A stretch of DNA of 29,805 nucleotides from a virus. Its lineage: Duplodnaviria > Caudoviricetes. The number at the start of each line of letters is the position of its first letter. Position 1 is the stretch's first letter. The notes beneath the pieces are model-generated. The model had not been told where the DNA came from, ran no database searches, and saw only the letters and a program-made list of their open reading frames with translations. The DNA lies in the IMG/VR virus record IMGVR_UViG_3300042988_002177, positions 1 through 29,805 of that record; one strand, given 5' to 3'. Positions 5,490-13,647 of this stretch are shown here, in pieces. Position numbers and translations under genes: made by a program.

Positions 5490-7068
5490 GGCCTATGTGT
5501 TTTGGTCTTGTAGTGGCTTGATATTCTTGATGTATTCTCTCATCTTGCGAGCGACCCCTAGTGACCCCTACTGTAGGCTTGCGCCCCAGCGGCTCTTCAA
5601 TAGTTAAGTACGCACGTTCCCGAGAGTTTTTGTCTGCGAGCGGGTCTAGGGGAGCGGTTACCACCGAGCCCCTCGCCTTACTGGCCGATTTCCCACTTGG
5701 ATACAACTCCGGACCTACCGCCGACAGGGTGGTGTGTGCACCCTTAAGCCACTCATTTCGAGCAGCCTGTAAGTCCAGTTTACCTTTACCTTCACCTTCT
5801 ACAACAAATCGCGCAAGATATGCGCTAAAAATATCTCTTTGGCAATTAACTCCGCAGTCACAAATATGACGTGCTTGTGGACCCATATTGGGGTTCTTTG
5901 CCTTACGACCGCATAAACACATTTGAGACAAAGCTGTGGTGCGTGTAGGAATTAATACCACATTGGTTAATTGCTTTAGACGGGCAATGAGATAACCAGG
6001 AGCAGTTGACTTAAGTCTCTTGTTCCAGTTAGAATTACGCCAAGACCTGAAATCAAGGTCTTCCGTCATTATAATACCGCGTGCGGCAATATCTTTGGCA
6101 AGTATATTTCTCCCATTCTTACGAGCCGTCGCCTCTTTACGGTGGAGTTTACGCAAAGCTTTTTTGGTAGCCTTGAGAGCCGCTGTATCTTGTTTTAGCT
6201 TATTCTTCTTATTAGCCTCAATTTGACGAGACATTTTGCGGCTAATTTTACGCAGTTTAACATCGAATTTGTTTTGTTGTACGGTGTCATGACGTAGAAC
6301 TAGACTGCCTGAAGTGGCATCGACAACAGCTACAGTAGATACACCAATATCTACTCCAACACTACCTGACTTAGGCTGTACTCGGGATAAAGTCTTCCCT
6401 ACACAGATAAGGCGGGCAGAAAAGGTGTCTCCATTGTAACACATCTCAATAGAAGAAATTCGGTGCTTAAGAGCATATTCAGCAAATTCATCGCCTTTTT
6501 CCCAATAAGGCTTAATTATAAGACCTGCTCCCCACTGAATACCTTCAGGAGTGAGCTTGATGTGTTGATTTCCGTTTATAGAAACCCATTCGCCTCTACG
6601 AAGACTTCGGAATCTCGGACGCTCCCCACCATATAACCACGCTCCCGCTGTCTCATAGGCTCTTTCGGCAATAGTATTAGCTGGCTGAGCACCTAGGTCT
6701 GGAGCTATGGCATTTCGAAGGTTCTTGTACTTCAATTCCTTGGTTACATCAAAAATATTTATTCCTTTAAATGGAAGACCCGGAATATTCTTAGAAAGAC
6801 TCTTAAGTTCTGCAGCAAGGTCTGTGGGCAATTTCTTGTTTAGACGACGGCGTTCAGTACAAAGCCACTGATATCTCTTATTGGCTTTGATATGTTCTAC
6901 CCGCTTAATTGCTTCACGAAGATTCACATTGTACCACTTAACTACTTGCACAAACCTCTTTCGGAGTTCGTGCTTCTGGGCTTCAGTAGGGCTCAAGGCA
7001 AGCCGAAACACAAACCGGCCATCTTCTTGTGTTTTTTCTGTTGTGTTCATTGCTTTCTTTTGTGTCAT
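5476..7068 (-). CDS. tnpB: TnpB/Cas12f-like RNA-guided RuvC nuclease (530 aa), CRISPR-associated
   Basis: N-terminal FRLALSPTEAQ...YN (OrfB-type start), PRFRS, RuvC-I VGVDIGV, basic bridge region, RuvC-II TEDLDF, Zn-finger SQMCLCG...ICDCG, RuvC-III RDIFSAYLA. All three acidic catalytic residues (D, E, D) are present. Confidence 0.9.
   Translation of the reverse strand: MTQKKAMNTTEKTQEDGRFVFRLALSPTEAQKHELRKRFVQVVKWYNVNLREAIKRVEHIKANKRYQWLCTERRRLNKKLPTDLAAELKSLSKNIPGLPFKGINIFDVTKELKYKNLRNAIAPDLGAQPANTIAERAYETAGAWLYGGERPRFRSLRRGEWVSINGNQHIKLTPEGIQWGAGLIIKPYWEKGDEFAEYALKHRISSIEMCYNGDTFSARLICVGKTLSRVQPKSGSVGVDIGVSTVAVVDATSGSLVLRHDTVQQNKFDVKLRKISRKMSRQIEANKKNKLKQDTAALKATKKALRKLHRKEATARKNGRNILAKDIAARGIIMTEDLDFRSWRNSNWNKRLKSTAPGYLIARLKQLTNVVLIPTRTTALSQMCLCGRKAKNPNMGPQARHICDCGVNCQRDIFSAYLARFVVEGEGKGKLDLQAARNEWLKGAHTTLSAVGPELYPSGKSASKARGSVVTAPLDPLADKNSRERAYLTIEEPLGRKPTVGVTRGRSQDERIHQEYQATTRPKHIGPRSS
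5490..5720 (-). ncRNA. Candidate tracrRNA/omegaRNA-like structured RNA overlapping the nuclease 3' end
   Basis: GC-rich region with a hairpin at 5648-5673 (aggggagcggt-tacc-accgagcccct), a CCTAC/GTAGG hairpin at ~5567-5577, and segments complementary to the repeat 3' half at 5515-5551. Boundaries are a guess. Confidence 0.5.
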
Positions 7069-7105
7069 TGCCTTACCCTGCCCTTCCTTGATTGCCTCTG
7101 GTTCT

Positions 7106-7134
7106 ACCTTACCACAGGTTGGTCAACAAGTCTA
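7106..7134 (-). promoter_or_regulatory. Putative sigma70-type promoter for the nuclease
   Basis: - strand TAGACT (7134-7129), 17 bp, TAAGGT (7111-7106), preceded by an extended -10 TG; purine-rich leader before the ATG at 7068. Confidence 0.4.
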
Positions 7135-7151
7135 GCGCCCGGACTTCTATA

Positions 7152-7367
7152 TTACCCTGATTGCTCATTGTCTACCTTAATTCCCGTTTCAGTTTTAGTT
7201 TCATTGCCCGTACAGATATTGCACATCTTTATATCAACACCTTGCTCTATTTCAACAAAACTGCCTATGTCATTATTAGTTGGTAAATTACATCCACCAC
7301 ATCTATATTGGTCTTTATTTATTTGTAATTTAAACTCAGGGTCTTGGTCTTTAATCTTCTTTTTCAT
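7152..7367 (-). CDS. Small Zn-ribbon protein
   Basis: CGGC...CNIC. Confidence 0.7.
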   Translation of the reverse strand: MKKKIKDQDPEFKLQINKDQYRCGGCNLPTNNDIGSFVEIEQGVDIKMCNICTGNETKTETGIKVDNEQSG

Positions 7368-8025
7368 TTGTCTTTAATTTAGCATTAGATATGCGTTGTT
7401 TACAGCTATAGCAATTCCCGCCACATCCAGAACATTCTAGTGGCCAAATGAATCTAGTACTTGAAGTAGTTGATATAGTCGATGGTGGCAAGAATTCCGC
7501 ACCACAAGTACATACTGGCGGGACTATTCCCATCCATACGCCATATTTTTGGCACCATGGAAGATGGCTGGATAACATTTTGTACTTATACTCCCATGAA
7601 TCTTGAGTATCTCCGGGAAAACAAGGAGGAGCGGATGGGGGTTGTTGAACCGCCTTTTGAGCCTCTTTTAATGCTTCTAGCTCGCGTGTAAGACTATGTG
7701 CCACGCCTTGCCATTCATTAGCGGCGTTTTCATAATTCTTTTCTCTAATATCTGCTAGTTTAAGCTCCATTCGGAGTTTTTCTATTTCCTTTTGAGCTTC
7801 GACTAAGTCACTGTGAACCTTTTTGTGTTCATCTTTCCAAAAATCAACACTTGATTCGGGTGTTGGTTCATAAAACGTGTCAGATATTGATTCAAGACTG
7901 CCTTCTAATACAGCTATTTCGTGCTTAAATTCTTCAGCTTCATAACTGACTTCGACCAGTCTATTGACTACATTTGAGAGCAGGTTTACTGTTTCTTGTA
8001 AAATGTCGGTGTTTGTGTTTTTCAT
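7351..8025 (-). CDS. Coiled-coil protein with C-terminal Cys cluster
   Basis: Long heptad region, then HLPWC..CTCG..CSGCGGNCYSC. Start moved to ATG 8025 to avoid overlap with 8030..8293. Confidence 0.75.
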   Translation of the reverse strand: MKNTNTDILQETVNLLSNVVNRLVEVSYEAEEFKHEIAVLEGSLESISDTFYEPTPESSVDFWKDEHKKVHSDLVEAQKEIEKLRMELKLADIREKNYENAANEWQGVAHSLTRELEALKEAQKAVQQPPSAPPCFPGDTQDSWEYKYKMLSSHLPWCQKYGVWMGIVPPVCTCGAEFLPPSTISTTSSTRFIWPLECSGCGGNCYSCKQRISNAKLKTNEKED

Positions 8026-8029
8026 TTCA

Positions 8030-8293
8030 TTAGTCGCTTTCTTCACAATCAATCCATACGATTTCGGTCTTACCGCCATGACCGTGCAGTGCCTTAACAA
8101 CCTCAAGGGTATCGTACATAGCCATTGTACCTAGGTGACTCAGCCATGTCAAGGCGACTCGTCCGTTTGGGAATTGGACACCAACAGCCACAAAGCCCTC
8201 TCCACTATTGCCTGTTTCATCTTCGTGACGATTCAATGCAAAACGTCTAAAACCCTGGCATAGCGTGTCTAATTCTTTAATCTTTGGTGTCAT
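8030..8293 (-). CDS. Conserved phage hypothetical protein
   Basis: RRFxLxRxEDxTGxSGxGxVAxGVQFxxG...HGHGGKT pattern, which I recognise as a widespread phage family of unknown function. Confidence 0.8.
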   Translation of the reverse strand: MTPKIKELDTLCQGFRRFALNRHEDETGNSGEGFVAVGVQFPNGRVALTWLSHLGTMAMYDTLEVVKALHGHGGKTEIVWIDCEESD

Positions 8294-8565
8294 AATGTAT
8301 CGTCGCTTCTCATTTGTAAATCAATCAGTTTTTTGGGTAAACTACCTTCAAGATCTAATTTTTCATTATCTTCATAGCCTAAGAAATGCTTATAGAAGGC
8401 GATGTTATCAATTAGTCCGTAGTGTTCAAGGACGTTGATTAAGTCGCTAATACCTAACTCATTGTTCTCTGCCGCTAATTTACCATTGACATAAATACCT
8501 TCCCAATCGGCCCCTATAGCTCTAACTATTTCTGTTTTAGTATTGGTCGTCATTTGCCATTCCAT
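8290..8565 (-). CDS. Hypothetical protein
   Basis: DWEGIYVNGKL motif; tight packing. Confidence 0.75.
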   Translation of the reverse strand: MEWQMTTNTKTEIVRAIGADWEGIYVNGKLAAENNELGISDLINVLEHYGLIDNIAFYKHFLGYEDNEKLDLEGSLPKKLIDLQMRSDDTL

Positions 8566-8743
8566 CTAAAATATTTAGCATTTTATTGATATAATTCTTA
8601 AAGTCATCTACCTTATCTTTTGGCAATGACTCCATGAATTCAATACTTTCTTCATTTAGCATATTTCTAACTAGCGAAATACGTTCTTCTAAGAAGAGAC
8701 TTGACCTATACTTTGGAAATACAGATTTATATCTAATTGTCAT
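8537..8743 (-). CDS. Hypothetical protein
   Basis: 68-aa ORF in the gene run. Confidence 0.6.
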   Translation of the reverse strand: MTIRYKSVFPKYRSSLFLEERISLVRNMLNEESIEFMESLPKDKVDDFKNYINKMLNILDGMANDDQY

Positions 8744-8761
8744 TTTAATACCAAAAATAGT

Positions 8762-9031
8762 TTATGGAATAGGTCCTAATTTCTTATTTATTGTTAATAA
8801 GCAAGCAATTGGACCAAGAAAAATATTTAACCATAGCCATGTTACACAAAATCCAAATACAGCAAAAAATCCTCCACCAAGCAGTCCTAAGACGATATTC
8901 ACTGTGTAACCGGCTACGAATCCCATTAAAAACGATGAGAACGTGCCAAGGATGAGAACTACATAGTAAAATACTTCAAGAAGGTCTTCGAGTCTATTAG
9001 CTACTTCTTCTACTAGTTTTAATTTTGCCAT
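8762..9031 (-). CDS. Two-TM membrane protein
   Basis: Two hydrophobic stretches; AGGTGA RBS upstream. Confidence 0.75.
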   Translation of the reverse strand: MAKLKLVEEVANRLEDLLEVFYYVVLILGTFSSFLMGFVAGYTVNIVLGLLGGGFFAVFGFCVTWLWLNIFLGPIACLLTINKKLGPIP

Positions 9032-9065
9032 TTTATCACCTATTTAAATTTTAGACTTAATATTA

Positions 9066-9461
9066 TTACTGCCCATATATTGCGTTGTCAATTGCAGTGA
9101 CCATTTGGGTATGGTTTGTTACTTTTGGAAGCTCCACCGTTGCCCCGCTATTTAGCATTATACCAGTCCCACTTCCAGTTGCAACAACTGCACTAATGTT
9201 TTTAACTGGGAATGATGCCTCTCCTTTGGAATTTTTTACTCTAATATTAGTAGTAGTTACTATTACTGAGCCCGCGTCTTTAATGAGGTCAAACATTCCC
9301 CATATAAGCAATGGAATTCCTATTACAAACGGAATAAGTAATACTCCTATTATCGCAATCACTCCATAACCAACTTTTGATTCGTAAAACTCACCTAATA
9401 CTTTATTCTTAATTGTCATTTTCTTCTCTTTATCTTTCATGAAACAAACGTACTGAACCAA
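9066..9461 (-). CDS. Membrane protein with possible bacterial PH-like C-terminal domain
   Basis: TM hairpin (GVIAIIGVLLIPFVIGIPLLIWG) then VTTTNIRV...FPVKNISAV. True start is probably the downstream MTIKNK. Confidence 0.6.
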   Translation of the reverse strand: MVQYVCFMKDKEKKMTIKNKVLGEFYESKVGYGVIAIIGVLLIPFVIGIPLLIWGMFDLIKDAGSVIVTTTNIRVKNSKGEASFPVKNISAVVATGSGTGIMLNSGATVELPKVTNHTQMVTAIDNAIYGQ

Positions 9462-9969
9462 CTTCAGCTATAAATTCTTTTGCTAAATTCTCTCCAAACT
9501 CTTCACGACCCGGCCATGAATAACCTCTAGCTACCCAGCCTTTATGTGTTCCAGTATCCCACACAAGGTTTGCCGCTTCATGGGCATGAACGAATTCATG
9601 TAACAATGCAAAACTATTTCTATTATATACAATTCCAGTTGAGAGATAATACCCATCACAAAGAGGATAATCCCCATATGGACATTCAAATCCTCCATTA
9701 ACCATCCATACCGTCATACCATTAGTTTCTCGGCATAGGGAGTCTTTGCCAAAATGACGCTCATAAGTAATCCATAGTGCCCGGAAATAAACCTTTAAGT
9801 CTTCATAATTAATCGGACTCTCAGACCTTACTATGTAGCGACAGCTTGGTGATATATGAATTATGTATTCATATGGCGTCTGAATAGGAGTGGTTGTGTA
9901 TTGGTATTTAACATCCGGTCCACAACTACTAACTGCCAACATTATGGCTATTAATCCAATTTTAGTCAT
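9430..9969 (-). CDS. Putative lipoprotein with zincin HExxH motif
   Basis: Signal peptide ending in AVSSC (lipobox-like); LLHEFVHAHE plus a later H (GTHKGW). Confidence 0.7.
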   Translation of the reverse strand: MTKIGLIAIMLAVSSCGPDVKYQYTTTPIQTPYEYIIHISPSCRYIVRSESPINYEDLKVYFRALWITYERHFGKDSLCRETNGMTVWMVNGGFECPYGDYPLCDGYYLSTGIVYNRNSFALLHEFVHAHEAANLVWDTGTHKGWVARGYSWPGREEFGENLAKEFIAEVGSVRLFHER

Positions 9970-10149
9970 TTATTTAACAAACCTTCTAATTTCCATCCAA
10001 ATTGTTTGCAGCCAATGTGATGTAATACATTCTTCTTCGACATAATAGTCTTCAAGCCAAACTACTGTATTTCCCACATATGTAGGGAATAAAGCGAATT
10101 TGGCAACAATTCTTACGTCGCCAACTTTTGGGTCTTTCGTCCATTGCAT
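9970..10149 (-). CDS. Small hypothetical phage protein (59 aa)
   Basis: Manual translation MQWTKDPKVGDVRIVAKFALFPTYVGNTVVWLEDYYVEEECITSHWLQTIWMEIRRFVK*; its stop abuts the next ATG. Missed by the track. Confidence 0.7.
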   Translation of the reverse strand: MQWTKDPKVGDVRIVAKFALFPTYVGNTVVWLEDYYVEEECITSHWLQTIWMEIRRFVK

Positions 10150-10191
10150 ACACCCACCCTACCATACAGGAGGGCGAGTTACAAGCATCGA

Positions 10192-10944
10192 CTATTCAGT
10201 AGCCTCTATGTCGACTTCAATACGAATTCTATCCCAAAAATCCATATTGGCACCTTCATGGGCATATCCAGATGGATTACAATAAACCCGGAACCCCAAT
10301 GGGTGAATATAGTCCATTGGGTCATGGGTATGTCCATGAATCCATAGCTTAGGCAATTTTGGGGCCTTTACTAAGGATTTGGTAAAGTTTTCGCTACTAA
10401 AGAAGTGGTTCGATTTCATCCCCATCCACCTTGGGTGAGTAGATTCTACTGGGAAGTGGTGGGTAACTAATATGTCGGCATCACTCTTTTCGAGTTGCCA
10501 TAGAAATGCTTTATGAGCTTGAGTTATTTGACTCATTGCGTCATATGGATAGTCTCCAATATACTTAAAGTCCACCCAGGTTCTTTTGTCTAGGAAATGA
10601 ATACTATCTGCGTCAAACCATCCAGTTCCAGTTAAATATTTGCAATCATTGACGTTTTCTATTTCAAAAACTTTTTGGGTCGGGGACAGTGCAGCGTGCC
10701 AAAAATCATGATTACCTGGAACATGAACAACTCGTCCAGTAATCATCGAATCTAACTTCTGAATTGCTTCATCACGAATAGGAAGACTATAGCTTGCAAT
10801 ATCGCCAGCTATGACTAATACATCTGGATGCCCATTCTTGTCTAAGTGATTTTGATAACTTACATAAAAATCTTCAACCTCTTTATGGCTTATTAAGTCA
10901 AAATGTAAGTCAGATATTACGTCTAGCTTTTGGGTTTTAATCAT
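10192..10944 (-). CDS. Calcineurin-like metallophosphoesterase
   Basis: SDLH, AGDI, PGNHD, VTHH, IHGHTH and CNPSGY motifs in canonical order. Confidence 0.93.
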   Translation of the reverse strand: MIKTQKLDVISDLHFDLISHKEVEDFYVSYQNHLDKNGHPDVLVIAGDIASYSLPIRDEAIQKLDSMITGRVVHVPGNHDFWHAALSPTQKVFEIENVNDCKYLTGTGWFDADSIHFLDKRTWVDFKYIGDYPYDAMSQITQAHKAFLWQLEKSDADILVTHHFPVESTHPRWMGMKSNHFFSSENFTKSLVKAPKLPKLWIHGHTHDPMDYIHPLGFRVYCNPSGYAHEGANMDFWDRIRIEVDIEATE

Positions 10945-10963
10945 TTTATTACTTTCTTATCTT

Positions 10964-11245
10964 CTATCTTCTTTGCCCTATGAATGTCCCGGTATTTGAA
11001 TTTATTGCGAATGGCAATGCCCTACCTAAATTAGAGTGGGATAAAAATTCTGAATACCAAGTTGGACTCCATTGGTATGGGAGGGTTGTTGAATTATATG
11101 TGTTCAATAAAGAAACACTAGTAGGTCTATAAAACAAGTTATTGTAATCTATTTCATTTATTGAACTATAGTGTTTATTGCCCATACTAGAACCATAGGT
11201 GAATTTTCTTAACAAGAGTTCAATCATGGCTTTATCTTTAAACAC
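10964..11245 (-). CDS. Hypothetical Ser/Tyr-rich protein
   Basis: 93-aa ORF; no recognised motif. Confidence 0.5.
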   Translation of the reverse strand: MFKDKAMIELLLRKFTYGSSMGNKHYSSINEIDYNNLFYRPTSVSLLNTYNSTTLPYQWSPTWYSEFLSHSNLGRALPFAINSNTGTFIGQRR

Positions 11246-11324
11246 GTCTTAATGGAAAATACTGCCGCTACTACGGTAATTATAGAATTAGCAAATAAGG
11301 CTAAATAAACTACAGTTTCATCGG

Positions 11325-11696
11325 TCATTTTGCACCAATCTTTTCTAATGTCTTACGAGCAATATCTCTATATTCATTGCTTAAATGAATCCAATACTCA
11401 AGCCACTCTTCGTCCGTTGAACTCATTTCTAATCCTGCACGTCTAATCCTGGATATTTCCGATAAAGCGACTATTGCTTCGTCTAGCATTTTGTTGATTT
11501 TAGTATTTTCTTCTATCAACATCTTGACACTCTCGCCCATCCTTTTTCCCCATGGGTTATTTGAGTCTTTACCTAATGGACCGACTGGAAGTAAGTCAAC
11601 ATCAACTTCATAGAAGAAGTCTCCGACGATTCTATCCCATTCATCAAATCTTACTTCTTTTTCGTACTCTTCTCTTTTTTCTTCTAATTTAGACAT
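11325..11696 (-). CDS. Hypothetical protein
   Basis: 123 aa, acidic and helical. Confidence 0.75.
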   Translation of the reverse strand: MSKLEEKREEYEKEVRFDEWDRIVGDFFYEVDVDLLPVGPLGKDSNNPWGKRMGESVKMLIEENTKINKMLDEAIVALSEISRIRRAGLEMSSTDEEWLEYWIHLSNEYRDIARKTLEKIGAK

Positions 11697-11697
11697 T

Positions 11698-11934
11698 TTA
11701 GCTCTTTTTATGTAGTTTTACCGAGAAATAAGTTCCCAGAACCGTTCCAGCTACACCCGGCAGTATAGCAAAATGGTCTTCGACTGTAAAGACGGTCACG
11801 GCCATTCCACTGACGAATATAATCGCTGAATATATACTCGCTCTAATTTCTTGCTTATTACTGACAGCGGCGATATATAATCCCCAGCCATAGTCAAGAA
11901 AGCAAGTAAGAAGAAATAGAGCTAAGTACTTCAT
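11698..11934 (-). CDS. Small 3-TM membrane protein
   Basis: Hydrophobic throughout; GTVLGTYFSVK C-terminal pattern. Confidence 0.8.
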   Translation of the reverse strand: MKYLALFLLTCFLDYGWGLYIAAVSNKQEIRASIYSAIIFVSGMAVTVFTVEDHFAILPGVAGTVLGTYFSVKLHKKS

Positions 11935-11935
11935 A

Positions 11936-12214
11936 TTATATCAATCCAATCAAAATATTATCAGCGTCAAAGCCTTTTCTTTTCAATAAATTATAAGTTT
12001 TGTCAAAAAACGCAGGTCTGTTGGCAAATTTAGACTTCATTGGCAGACTTCCCGTTAAAACAGTGACTCTAATTTCAGGAGTCATTTCAAAATCCATAGC
12101 TTTAATGAACGCATCTATGGCTATATAGTCATTTTTCTGATACCACTGATAGAATTTTGAATAAATGCTATCAATTGTCTTCATTAATGCAGTTTCTTTA
12201 TCTATTTTTGTCAT
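11936..12214 (-). CDS. Hypothetical protein
   Basis: 92 aa, tightly packed. Confidence 0.75.
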   Translation of the reverse strand: MTKIDKETALMKTIDSIYSKFYQWYQKNDYIAIDAFIKAMDFEMTPEIRVTVLTGSLPMKSKFANRPAFFDKTYNLLKRKGFDADNILIGLI

Positions 12215-12476
12215 TTTCTCTGTTTTTTCTGTTTTTCATGTGCAATAAATAAAACACCTTAACGGGTTCTGGCAACGGATTTTGTTCTGGTGTCTTAATT
12301 TCAGCTAGTTTTTCAGTAACAACCTGTTTTTCCTCCACTTTTTCAACAACTTTCAGTACTGGAGTTTCTTTTTTGGTCGTTTTCATGAAAAATGACTGAA
12401 TTCTGCGGAAAATGCCACTAAAAAATACAGATACTGCTAGTAATACATAAGAAACCTTTGATTTAATCCAATTCAT
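12198..12476 (-). CDS. Hypothetical protein with N-terminal hydrophobic anchor
   Basis: 92 aa; charged C-terminal half. Confidence 0.65.
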   Translation of the reverse strand: MNWIKSKVSYVLLAVSVFFSGIFRRIQSFFMKTTKKETPVLKVVEKVEEKQVVTEKLAEIKTPEQNPLPEPVKVFYLLHMKNRKNRENDKNR

Positions 12477-12484
12477 ATAACCCC

Positions 12485-12922
12485 TTATAGTGTGACCAAT
12501 AGACCAACTACCTTTTTAACTAAATAACTAACCCACGGAAACAACATAGCAAGACCAAACCACCAAAAAATATACTTAAAGTTAACCAATCCCAATGGGG
12601 AGAACTTGCTGTGCTTATAGTCCCATGGAATAAAACCTATTAAGCTTAATAGACATAGACCGCTAATAGCTTCTATACCGTATATAACTGGAGTAAATAT
12701 TATAGCACGTATATAAAACGGAGCTACTAGACCGTCATTCAATGCTTCTAAAGTAATGCCAGCAAAGGCATAGACCGGGAACATATATAAATACGTATAT
12801 CCTGTTGCCTTAAGATTCTTTTGTATAAATAGCGAATGTATGCCAGTGAATACAACTTCTATTAAGAGCCCGATACAGCCGTAAAATGCTGCTTTTTGTA
12901 AATAACTTAAAAATTCTAACAT
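12485..12922 (-). CDS. TMEM229 / 'putative ABC transporter permease' (CmpB-like) membrane protein
   Basis: YGxxGxxxEVVFT, GYTYLYMFPVYA, IYxIExxSG, PWDY, GLV.F.Y...WF pattern; 4 TMs. Confidence 0.75.
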   Translation of the reverse strand: MLEFLSYLQKAAFYGCIGLLIEVVFTGIHSLFIQKNLKATGYTYLYMFPVYAFAGITLEALNDGLVAPFYIRAIIFTPVIYGIEAISGLCLLSLIGFIPWDYKHSKFSPLGLVNFKYIFWWFGLAMLFPWVSYLVKKVVGLLVTL

Positions 12923-13143
12923 AAATAATTATTTTTCTTATAAACAATCTTTACTTTAATACCGTAGATTTCTCTTGGTATGATTTTAAGCTCTTTCGAG
13001 TCAATTAATTTATTGACTTTAATCGTCAGTACATTCTCGCCTAGTTTATTAGTGGTTTTGGTAATGGCTTGAAACCAGGTCTTTTGGTTAATCAGCCTCC
13101 AAAGCTCACTAAACGCTTGATTATTTTGAACTCTTGTGTCCAT
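12916..13143 (-). CDS. Hypothetical basic protein
   Basis: Track start is TTG at 13167; ATG at 13143 preferred. First gene of the - strand block. Confidence 0.6.
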   Translation of the reverse strand: MDTRVQNNQAFSELWRLINQKTWFQAITKTTNKLGENVLTIKVNKLIDSKELKIIPREIYGIKVKIVYKKNNYLC

Positions 13144-13189
13144 GACACATTCTACCACGAGAAGCAATCTTTAGCAAGAGGAAGAACAG

Positions 13190-13618
13190 ATGCCCTTAAC
13201 ACGTTTAGACTTACACTTTCTACAACTCGCTACCGCCGAAGCTCAGAAAGATGGGGCGTCAAACGTTAATTCCGGACTAAAAAGAAAAACACGTGGTTGC
13301 GTAATTGCAAGTGGGAATCAAATTATATCTACAGGTAGCTCAACCCACCTTGGTGGCCAGCAATACAAACCTCAAACAGATGAGCGCTATGTAGCTACAA
13401 TTAATGCAGAAAACGTAGCAATAGGCAAAGCGGTTCAAAAAGGGACCGCAAAGTTTGATTCAGCCACTATATACATAACAGATTGCCCAAATTGGTATAC
13501 TTTTAAGTTATTAGTTACAGTAGGGCTGAAAAGAATTGTACATTACGGACCGATTACTAATCCAAGAATTGTACATTATTCCAAAGATTTAAATATTGAT
13601 ATAATTTCAGTAGGTTAA
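13190..13618 (+). CDS. dCMP deaminase-fold protein, catalytic Zn ligands lost
   Basis: FLQLAxxxA...GCVI...IISTG...NAENVAI...ATIYITDCPNWYTFKLLVTVGLKRIV. The family's HAE and PCxxC motifs appear as NAE and PNWYT. Confidence 0.75.
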   Translation: MPLTRLDLHFLQLATAEAQKDGASNVNSGLKRKTRGCVIASGNQIISTGSSTHLGGQQYKPQTDERYVATINAENVAIGKAVQKGTAKFDSATIYITDCPNWYTFKLLVTVGLKRIVHYGPITNPRIVHYSKDLNIDIISVG

Positions 13619-13647
13619 GGTTAATTCTTAATTAAGTAGAGGCTCAA

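Noticed and set aside
5476-7140. Intact IS200/IS605 or IS607 transposon
   Set aside because: No TnpA or serine recombinase gene and no clear left-end structure were seen; the downstream repeat-spacer array fits a domesticated locus better.
751-7141. Shared 10-mer CCGGGCGCTA at 751-760 (+) and upstream of the nuclease (-), and a partial likeness of spacer 2 to the nuclease leader
   Set aside because: The matches are too short to exceed chance in 30 kb, so there is no support for autoregulation.
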